Shown: positions 11,830-23,800 of the stretch, in pieces
How the letters are laid out: each line of letters begins with the position of its first letter
How positions within the stretch are numbered: the first letter of the stretch is position 1
From: Harriotta raleighana
Lineage: Eukaryota
NCBI GenBank assembly: GCA_050575255.1
Contig: JBNZDD010013678.1
Location: forward strand, 2,903,461-2,967,460
DNA length: 64,000 bases
Direction: 5' to 3'
Program-made: the position numbers and the translations under genes
The notes under the pieces: model-generated
Seen by the model: only the letters and a program-made list of their open reading frames with translations
Databases searched by the model: none
Told to the model about the DNA's origin: nothing

Positions 11830-14800
11830 CTGTAAGTCATCAAATAGTCTTCAATAAATTCCAATATTTGATTTCATTCGGTAGAAAGTGCATTCAACAG
11901 ACAGAGCATTTGGACGGTTACACTTCTGAAGAACCTAGTTGTGTGAAGGGGTAATGGTTCTTTATACTCAATGAGAAAAACAATGCATGGCAGGTACAAT
12001 TTACTTGTTTATATTTAGCACTTTACATAAAAGTCTCAAAGTGCTTGAAAATATTAATGGCCCTGCTTGACCAGGGACATTGAAACCAATTATCGTGTCC
12101 CTCCAACTTGAATCAGCTTTCTCAGTAAATGGTGGACTAAGACAGGATTTCCAGACTTGACTGGAGAACGCTTCATATATAAATTTAAAAATGTTTTGAC
12201 TATGAATCTATTACTGTACCTTAAGCCTATTGCTGTCCAACTGCATCAGTTGTTCTCCATCAATGTTTTTGGCAACAAATTCTGCAATGTACTGCTCCAA
12301 ATTCATTCCCATCAACCAGTGACTGACTTGTTGGGACGTCCATTCAGAAACAGCTCGGTTTTGCCATTGGTTTTGTTTACTGGTTATTGTATGCTCATCT
12401 TCCGGCATCTATTTGGGCAAGAAAAATAAAAACCAGGCTGAGTATATTGTTTCATTCTGTAGATAAGTTACATTCAAACTCCTTAACTTTGAAGCTTTGA
12501 TTTGGGGAATTGCACACTTCCCAGGTTGATTTCCATAAGCAAAGTAAGGCTTTCTCTATCCAACAATATGACTTAACCCAAACATTAGAACAGCATACCC
12601 TGCTCCACCATTGTCTTTTGGCTATAGGAATTTAGGAAAGATCATAATATCAGGGCTTAATGGATAGCACATTACATTTCTTATCACTGAAACTAACATT
12701 ACTATTGCAATAGTAAATAAATGTTTACAATAAACAGCTTTAATGGTTATAATATCATCACATTCCTTCAATGTACTGGTTCCAAATAACGTTCATATAG
12801 AATAACCGGAAAACAGATTATAGCCACATATTGCATAGCCACAACATAGTTCGTTTCATAGTGCTAGTAGTGTCTTCCTAGTTCTTTATTGAAGCACTAA
12901 ACACCCCAGACAGCACTAAGGCCACAAACACAGAATTATTGATTTCTAAACCTGTAGCAGGAAATTCAATCTTTCATTGTCATAATGGACAAATAGCAAT
13001 TGCTCACTCACTTCAGCTTTTGGTGTGTCTTTGTTCATTTCCCAAGTTGCTTCGTGTGAGCTCGGAGGTGAGTGAAGGCTGCTATTGGATGAGGTAGGAT
13101 CCCTATGACTGTCCCCAAACCGAAAAAAAGGCATACAGGTCGGTATGGATGTCACTGAATCCGCAGGAGATACATTACCAGCTGAGCTGTCCAGCATGTC
13201 TTTTGATCCCCTGCGATATACAGACAAATTAAAAAAGTTACCATAGCAAGTGAGGGTTATTAAATAAAATAGATTTTCTATTCACGCAAAAACAAAACAA
13301 GTAACTTCTGTTCAAAACAAAAAGTTTGACTAGCTCATAAACAAATAATCAAGAAGGACCCAATTCTATGTTATTGCAAAAGAACCTACAAAACAAATCA
13401 ACAGTAATTATATGGCACCTTGATCGTCACGCTATATTTTTACAGGTATTACAATCACTTACTGTATCACAGACCGAATTTTTGAAAGTTTAGCTATAGT
13501 GCGATCATATTAATAAACAATAAATACCTGCTATCAAATGAAGACCTGCGATTTTCTTTATCTAATTTCTTGCCTTTTCCACCAGATTTTCTTAGTCCAC
13601 TTCATTGTAAGTAGAGATTGGGAGAAAGAGATGGATAGAGAAAAAAAATCAGGTCACACTAACAGAAATAATGTTCACAATGTCTTCAGTTCAATTTATA
13701 TTGTATGAAATAGTTCAGACTTAAGAATGTTTATATTAATCATCTCCCCACATTAGGTCCTATTTCATATACTATTTTCTAGCTAGGTGGGCAAATTCCC
13801 AAATGTTTGGTATAAAAACTCCATGAAAGTAATTTTCCTCCGCTTCCCTAGAAGGCTACACAAATTAACACTCGTTAGCCTCATGAACTGAACATAGGCA
13901 CTTACTTACATCTAGGTAATCTGCGACAGTATCAATATGCTGTAATATCAATAGAATAAACTTGCACTTTCAATAATATCTCTGCTAACACATAAAACAC
14001 TACTTTTCGTTCGCATATATTATTACTAAAATACTATTTCCACCTCTGTCAGTTAAACATAAATTTTTATATGTTAACATTGAAGCCATCCTTGAAGATA
14101 ATATTTGTATCTAATAAGAGTGGCGATCTTATGAAAGAGAAATTTTCTTCTAAACAAAAGAAAATTATACCTAAAATCAGCAAATCTTCGCTTGTTTTTT
14201 CCTGCTGGATTCTCATTTGCATCAGGCAACTTTTCCTCACCATTCTTCCCATCTGGCAATATAAATTTATACAAGTTAATAGGTAATGTTTGTTGGGATT
14301 TACCGATCCCAAAATTCCCAACATGTTGAAATGATGCTTCAAGCATAGAGATACTGGAAGTAAAAGGAAAAACAAAAAACTAAATATGACAAAAATCTGG
14401 AGATTGAGTTAAGAGATGCAGTGAAATCAAACTGAGCAGCATTTCAATCAATCAAACAACCACAATTTTAGGGCAATATCACCAAAAATGCCAGTTTCTA
14501 AAATTCTCTTCTTGCACCATACAATCCCTTTCTCAAACTATTTTCTGAGACAAGGAAATAAAATTGGCCATTTCACTGGCTGTTTATTGGACATTGCAAT
14601 GAGCAAAATGGCTGTGACATAAGCCTATGAATATTTCAGAGTGAAATCTTGGGGAGTGGAGCGCCTTTAGACATAATATCAAATGCAAAGATTAATTATT
14701 AGAAATTAGTAAAAAAGTTAAGGCATATTGAAATAAATAAAATTATATACAGTAAAAGCCCGTTTATCCGTGACTCAATGAACTGGAAAACCTGTTGAAC

Positions 14801-17800
14801 TGGCACCTCAACCAGCACCTCAAAAAAAAAGTCCAGATTTGATAAACCATAAGTTATCTGGCAGAATAGTGATGACGCATTTAATGAATCGATTGTCGCA
14901 TGCGAGTACTGTGCAGGTATATCAGCTGTCCACGAGTCAAGCCTAAACTCGCACTACTACAGTTTTGTTTTGTTTTGAAAGTCGCGCTACTGCCGTTTTT
15001 TAAAAAAGTAGCGCTGCCATTTTGTTTTCCTCCAGTGGCGGCTATGCAGAAGTTAAGTATAAATAATAAATCACTAATACAATATTCTGTTATTATAGTA
15101 TCTATTATTAATGTATTTACTCTATTATTTATATGCTGCAGTGTACAACATTTACAATAAAATGCCCATACAATATTGTTATTAGCTGTTATTATTTAGT
15201 CTATTATTAATATGGTATGTGTTAAAAGAATTTTCAATTTTTTTTTTTTAAAGTTCAACCAGAAAGCCGTTTAATCACCACAGGCCAGGTCTCCTTGGAT
15301 ACCGGATAAACGGGCTTTTACTGGAAATGTCANATTTTTTTTAAATTAAAGTTCAACCAGAAAGCCGTTTAATCACCACTGGCCAGGTCTCCTTGGATAC
15401 CGGATAAACGGGCTTTTACTGGAAATGTCATTTTTATTTCCATCCAAAAGATATGTTTAGAGTCCTAACAATCAGAACAAAGCAGAAGAGATTCATGGTT
15501 ACTAATAATGTTAAGAGGATAGTCGAGGAAGGAGTGGTGAGGCCACTGCAGACCACGGAAGCTGAGTATAAACCAAATAAACATTGACTTATTTTGTTTC
15601 TTTTTCCCTGAAAATTACAATATAAATGAAACCTAATTGTGACAGATGTTTAATAAATATTTTGCCTCGATGTTTGCACAGGGGATGTTGGTAACACAGG
15701 AATATCAGTAGCATAGGAATACCATAAGGGGCTACAGAAAACAAAGTTCAACACATAGCAGATAAAAAGGGCTAATGGGGATTATTAAAGTGGATAAATC
15801 ATTAGATTCTGGCAAAACGTGTCCAAGGTTCCAGAGGGAAGTCGATGATGAAATAATGGAAGCTCGGACAATCATTTTCCAGAAGTCTGTATATATGCTA
15901 CTTGTCCCAGAGGAGAAGAGAGTGCCAAAAGTCACTCTGTTGTTTAAGAAAAGGAAAGAGCCAAGGACCATGGGTTGATGAGTCGGCCAGTTTTGAGGAA
16001 GCTGTTTGAGGGATGTTGTTGTGGAACATTTAAAAAAATGGACCTGATAAGGCATACCCTCTCTAGTCAAGGGAATATTGTGTTTGGCTAATTTGATTGA
16101 ATTCTTTGAACAGATAACAACAAAGGTAGAAGGAGAAACTCAGAAGAACTCCCAAAGGTTTGGCAGGGTATGGAATGCTTTTGTAGGGTAGCTTGTGGAG
16201 CATTTGATCGGGGACATTAAAAAAAAGAATTGGACAGCACACTACATTGAGAAGAAGGTTAACAGAATATGGGGAGAGCAGGGAATTAAGATTAGGAGTA
16301 ATGGCGCCTTAGAGAAGCAAAACCACACAGAAAGGACCAAATTACTTCCTATTATCCAACATTTCTGCTTAAATTCACCAACAAATTGTGTAATTAATAT
16401 TGAAGTTTCAGAATAAATTAATTATATTTATTATTATTTACAATCTGGAGAAGGGTTGGACATGTAAATTTAATCTACTTTTATCAAATACCTATGAAGT
16501 AATATTTTTAGAATTTCTGAAGATACTCAAAAAACAGTTCCTTATAAACAGCAATCACTTAAGGCTGTATACCTTTGGATTCTTTGCCCTTTGATTCTCG
16601 TTTCTTAATGTTTCTAAGGAATGATTTGGAAGAACCCGATGATGAAGTTTTTCTGGAAGGAGACTGGTTTGAACTTGGGCTACTTTCATTGACTGCCTTA
16701 TGAGCTGGAGAGGAACAAGGTGATGTAGATGAGCTTTGATCGAGCAGGCTGGTTCCGCTCGCCTCCATATCAGATTTTTCATCCAATGGCTCCTCCTTAA
16801 TAGATGTGTTCTCTTCATTAGCCTGCAGATAGCATGCGTTACTCTGAGGGCATGGAGCTTCAGATTGTAGAATAAGATCTTTCTGCATTTCGTCCTCCTC
16901 TTCCTCCTCCTCCTCCTCCTCATCATCCCCTTCCTTATTATCATGATAAAAATTAAAATAAAAGTGTTACTTATCTGCCTTATAAGAACTAGGATTAGTA
17001 AAGGTAATCTTAGGTATTACAATTCTACATTTGTTAAACTAATCATTCAGCAAACCAATAACATTGTGGGCAAGATAGTTAATTCATCTGATAAAATAAT
17101 CCATGAAAAATGCAGTTTGTTCACAACCATGCAGTTCTTTTTAAACTTTCCTAAATTTAACTTCCACTGGTAGAAGCTAATGCTTTTTCAATCATTGGCA
17201 AGAATCTCAAAACAAAAATGTCTCTACCTGATCCCCCTTCCTCCCCCCTACCACTCGCCATCACCACCCCCACAACACACACCTACACATTTAAATGTGT
17301 TGCTTTACTGCTAAGTTTGTTGTTTCGTTTTCTATTCCTTCGGATGAATCAATATAAAGAAAAACCTTAGTGCAAATCTATTTTACATAGGATTACCAAA
17401 AATAATCATTACTGTGTTATAATTTTGACTAGTCCAAATTTCTAAAATAATGTGGAATGCTTTCACCCATACATCCATTTTCCACTGCCACAATATACTT
17501 CATCCAATTCCTCTGTAAATTTTTACACCATCTGTCTTCATTGCCTTCCTTGGCAATCTTTTCCAAATATTCATTCAATCTGTATAAAGTAATTCTTCAG
17601 TCTAAACTCCCCTGTCCACATTCTTTTCTGACCTTGAGACCTGAACTCCTGGTTGAGGAATTTGCCACTGTATTGAACATATTACTCCAGTCCTGCTTAT
17701 CTATACCCTCTTGGATCCCGAAAACATCAATAAGATCACCTCTTAGTTCAGTTAATGGAGACATTAGTTCCACAGTGAAACTCCTTATAAATCTATTATA

Positions 17801-20800
17801 AATCGTATAATTGGCTGGAGTCGTACATGCACCAGAGTCCCCTTCAATTTCCTACCAAACATAGATTTATTTGCTTTGGTCATATTTTATGAATTGGATA
17901 AATGACCAAATTGCTTCAGTGTCCTGGACTCAAATACATCTTAAAACCTCTGCAATTCATCTCCTAACTGGTCATGCCTCTATCACACTTAGCAACTGCA
18001 TTGAATTGTGGGAAACAAAGTCTGACTCGTCACTGCATATATATTTACCAGCTGCATTGAAGCATGCATGTGCAGTGCAGATTTATTAAATTATATATGA
18101 TATGACTTATGCAAGTTTGCCTGTAATTCATACTTTGCACACGTCAAATATTATGGCCCCAGTTGATACGACTTATGTGAGTTTTACCGAAACTATATAT
18201 AAATCATCAGATCAAGACACTTAAATTATTGTTACCTGCAGACTACCACATTCCTCACCAGCTGCGAGAGATTCCTTCAGTTTAAGGCGAGATGGAGGTT
18301 GTCTTTTAACCTTCAGAGCAAGTTGTGCCCGTGCCTTGTGTGAACTTGTATCTAATCTCTCGGTTTCTGGAACAGCTTCATCAAAATCTGAAACGTTAAG
18401 CGTTTTACATGATAAGAATGACTGTCAGCTTGTAAATATGCTGATTTATAGCGCAATACAGTTCTACATGCACTAGACAGCCTCCAATACCTTAGTCAAG
18501 AAACTATTTTGAACTTAGACAGTACATAGTATATCATAACAAGTGTAATTATTCTCATATAAATTTATCAGAAGCCTGTTCTGCCATTTAATTAGATCAT
18601 TGCTGATCTTTGCCTCTACTAATCCTTACAATTCCAATTTCCCACTTTTCCCCATATCCCTTAATACCTGGGCGAACCAAAAATTTATCAACCTCACTCA
18701 TGAAAGTGTGGATCCAGCATCCACAACCTTTTGAGGGAGAGAATTCCAGATTTCTACCACCCTTTAGAATGAAAAAATGCTTCCTGATTTCACTCTTAAA
18801 TGGCCTGGTTCTAATTAAGACTAAGTCCCCATGTTTTGGATTCCCCACCAGAGGAAAGTGTTAGCAGGCTCTAATGGAAAATCCAATTCTATCATGACAT
18901 ATATAAATGCTTGACAACAGAAGTAACTTATAAATCACAGAGCAACACCAAGATGATATCAAACTTCAATATTTTCATCTATAACAAGGGGTTGAGCTAC
19001 TTAACTGTATATTTGATTGCACCAACTTACCATAATTTTTGAAAATGTTGCTGCCTTCGAATTCCACAGCAGCTTTCGACGCTTTTCAAAAACGGGAAAA
19101 AATTGCAAAATTCTTTAGTGGACACATACTTAGTGATCATAAACTCTTTATTATTATAAATCGAAGTTGTTGTTGTAATTATTCTCATATAAATTTATCA
19201 GAAGAGGTTGAATTTGAGGACTAAGTGATACTGTAAACGAGTATGAAGTCAGCCCACACCAAGAGATTAAATTTTCCTCTGTACAAGGTTAAATATGTTT
19301 GGTTGCTTCAGTACAGTTCCAAATGGTTACAGGAAACCCTACAGATATACCAGACATGTTTTAAATCACCCATTGTGACTTACTTTGTTTGGAATTATCT
19401 TTATTATACATCCCTTGGAGCTGTTCTTGGCTATTGAGCACAGATTCCTCTTCCATCTTCAACTCATTGTTGGTATTAAGTGGAGAAATTTGTCCTGTTG
19501 ACTGCAGTATATTTTCAAGTTCTAGTACCTATAGGACAAACACATGTGGATGTAGGCACACAGGTTTATTTCATAAACAGAAGATACAATATTTGCAAAC
19601 ATGAACTGAAATGTAACTATAACATCAATAAGTTTAACCTTATCACTTAAGATTTTCAGCTGTTTAGCATGTTCTTTTTCTCGATCTTCCAGAACTGTTC
19701 TGAGTTCTTCCTCCTTTTTAGTAAATTCAATCTCTCTAAACAAGGGGAAAACTTCATAATCAGATTATATTCATACAATACAAAAAAGTATATGCAAAAC
19801 TGCATATCTAATAGGAAAAATGTAGTGTTCAAAACAAGGAGTTACTTTGAAGTACAGTTTTATACACACATTATCTGTGTTTGCTACTTCCGACAAAATA
19901 AATGTCTAATTAATCTTAGTTCTGTGAATGTGGATCAAAGAGATATATTTCCCTTGACAACAAAAAAAATGTCATGCTCTTCACTGTGCTGTAAAACCTT
20001 TTAAACATCTATTTGAATCAGCAGAACAAACAGACAGATCCTAAAGGTAACACTTTCAAAAATGCACGAGATCAAGACTCCACTAGTGTTTTATGCCTAG
20101 ATTAAATCTAGTTTGGAGTTTAAACCCATGACTTTCTCACCCAGAGGCAAGCGTATTTACTCACTGAACCATAAATAGATGAATGGCAAGGTTTTACTTG
20201 CAAGTATCCCTTATTCTGAAAACTCCAGAGTAACTAACATCGTACGGATGATCATTAATTTGTTATCACTGAAGTGAATCAGCATTATTGGAAAACAATA
20301 ATTCAATTTCACTGCATACATATTACAGGAATTCAAAAGCATTGCCAAGATATACAGTACATATTTAAAAAAAACTTACTTTTGTTGGTGTTCCTTTATC
20401 AGTTTCTTAGCCTTGTTATACTTCTTCTCCATGACATCATATTGAGTCTGGGTCTCTTTCAAGTGCTCATTGACAGTTTTGCAAAGATTTTGTGCTTCTA
20501 ACCAATATCCTTCCACTTTTTGCATCTTCTCCTTATGCTCATCAACACACTGCTGAAGCTGAACCTTTATAGTTTCCCACTTATTCTTCTCTCCTTCCAT
20601 AGTTTTTAGCTAATGCAAACAAAGAGCATGAATACACATTAAAACTATTTCAGGCAAGTGAAATTTCACCCACAAATATACAATCAATTCACTTTACAGT
20701 ATATTCTGTGAAGTGCTTTGAGATGGCTGGAAGATGTGAAAAACGCCATATCAAATGCAAAGATTATTATTATTAGTATAAGTGAGTTTTATTCTTTAAC

Positions 20801-23800
20801 AATTTCAGAATTCAGAATTCTACATACCTTCTCTTTCAACTCACTGGTTTCTGCTGTAGTTAAGGCATGTTTAATTTGAAGCTAGAAATATACAAATTTA
20901 GGAAGTTAAAAATAACTGGTCAAGGTCTAGGCAACAAGAAAAGCAATGATTCTTTATTACAAGTGAAAGATCCTTTTATAATTACATTTCTTCTTATACC
21001 TGGGAAACAAGTGTTTAAACAGGAAAAAAAAACTTCCCCAAATGTTTATCCTTTAATCGGTAACCTATCAATTCTTGATTCAACATAGCAAGATTGGATC
21101 AGAATTAACATAGAATGTTTAGCAGTTTAGCAAATGACAAGTCATATACTGTATGCATTGTGGACATTTTGGAAAATGAATTCACATGTTGTCTTATGTG
21201 CTCAATAAAGATTGGACAGACGGCTGTACTGCCTCATATCAAGAGGACAACCCAAGCTGTGAGTGAGACAAAAAGGGGGTGGTGGGGGAGATCGAAAGCA
21301 CAGTCCAAAACATAGGTCTGAAAACGGGTGAGGGAATGAGTGAGTCGGATGGAGATTTTCATAATTATAAAAATATACGTGAATAATTACAAAATATAAC
21401 TACTATACCTCTTTTAATTTAAGAACAAGCTGCGCTGAATCTGCATCCAAAGGTAAAAACATACTCTCACTTTCTGGGAGGTCAAAAACTTCAACTGACC
21501 CTCCAGCTCCAAGATCACTTGAAGTCATAAAATCCTCATCTTCAGGAATATCTTCAGCCTTAAGAAAAAAAGACAAATAAGTATGATGCTAATTAAGTTA
21601 ATCAATTGCTAATTATAAAATTGGATCCATAAATATCATATTTTCAAAAAGAAAGTGTTCCACTCAATCTACCCAGCTACCAAAATGAAATATACTGTCT
21701 TGTAGTTTCAACCTTTTTCCATTCCTTCACATTATTATGGAAATAATGACAATGTTGCTCAACATAAATTTCTTTGAAGACAATCTACTCTCAAAATTGC
21801 CTTAATTATAAGATTTTAGGTTTCTTTCTAGATAAGCACAAGGAAAAAATTGTTCTAAATGTTTCATGATGTAATATATCGTAATGTTCATTTAATTTGC
21901 AACCTTTGGAACCACCTCAAATGACNTTGTTCTAAATGTTTCATGATGTAATATAATATCGTAATGTTCATTTAATTTGCAACCTTTGGAACCACCTCAA
22001 ATGACATGAACTTTTAATCTATGAGGCCCCAATCTAAAAACGATTTATCAAAACTGAACAACCTGTTGTATAACACATATAACTCCTGAAACAATATCTA
22101 AGTATTTCTCAAACTATAAAGTCAAGGCTGCTACAGAAGGGCACATTAAAGTCATTAATAATTGATTCTAGAACATATTGAATAATAACATTAGTGACAA
22201 ATTATTGTTGTTTTACAGAAAATAGAAGCAAGACAAAAGGTATTGATGAGATCTATCACTGCTAAGCACGCAAGCTCTACCTTACACAGCTTCAAACTCA
22301 GAAAAGGAAAGATGAACATACAGTCAGATTAGATTGCTTTAGATAGCGTGGAATAGATGTGAAATAGACAACACTGAAAGACAGTGAAGATAGACTATGT
22401 CAAGTTCAAGACAAAATTGGATAGTTTAGCAAATGACAAGCTCTGTACTGGGTGCAGTGTGGATTTTTTAAAATGGATTTACAATTTTGCTTTATGAGCT
22501 CAATAAAGATTGGACAGATGGTTGTACTGCTTCATAGGCAGGGGATCTAATCAGCCCAGTTTCTTTTATCCAAGCATCTAATGAGATAAAATGCCACAAG
22601 CCTGAAAACAGTCAGATATGTTTTTCTCCTGGCATTTACAACAATTCACGTGACGAACAATGACTACGTCACTCAGAGATTGGAGGAGGCAAGTTTATTT
22701 TTCCTGGCCACTGCTGTTAGTCCTCCCTGAAAGGTCAAACTCAATTTTGGCTCGGATTCAAGCAAACATTTGTAAAATATAAGTATTATGCAAGGCGACA
22801 AGACAAAGGGATTGAGGCAGAGAAGTCCAGGGAGAAGTGACAAAAACCAATCATTCATGGTGGAGAAGAGGGGATGGGGGGCATGTAGAAGGCCACAGAC
22901 AGTCATGTAAGATGTTTGGAAGGTTATTGAGGTGCTAGGGCGTAAACTAATTTGAAAGTAAGTCTGAGTAACATGAAATTGATTCATTCTGCAATAAGGA
23001 GCCAGTGGAGCCTGGCAAAGATGACAACAACTTCCATTTATATAGTGCCTCATACGAGGTAGCATCCTGGAGTGCTTAGCAGTGATGAAAGCTCAACAGC
23101 AAGCCAAGAGAGAGAAAGGAACCGTAGAAAACTGGAAAATATGGTAGAAATACAAATCTTCTTACCTGTTCATTGTCACTTGTACTATACTGGACACTGT
23201 GCTGCTCCAAAAGCTCTTCCTGCCACCTTTCTTGTTCCAATGTTTCACTGATCAGTCGAGCAACCTCACTTTGTTGGCCGGGTTTCTCTCGACCAATGAG
23301 GAATCTATTTTCAAATTATTCCAAATATTTGTTCTTGCAAATTATTTTCGACTTGTATACCTACAATTTACATTCATATAGAACCCTCCATATTGGGAGG
23401 AGTCTTAAAGAACTTTCCATAACTAACTAGAAAGCTGGTACTGGGTGGGGTAAGTGACCAAAAGAGAAGTGGAAAACAAACAGTCTTAAAGCAGGCGTTA
23501 AAGATAAGAAGAGAGAGGGCACGGCAGATGAAGTTCCAGAGAGCAAGAATGTCTCAAAGCTCAAAAATCAATGGTTGAGTTAATTAGGTAGGGAACATGG
23601 AGCAGACCACTGTTAACCGAGTGGGACAGATAGCAGAGGCGTTTTTAACGTCGGTTCAATCAGTGCAACGCACCGACGGGCCTCTCCTATTGCAGGCCCC
23701 CAAAGTAAGGCAAAAAATCATTGAAATGGAAGGATTTGAGTGTGCTGTTCTCTTATCTATGTTACATATCTGTATAGCGAAAACCAGAGCATCTCCCCAG

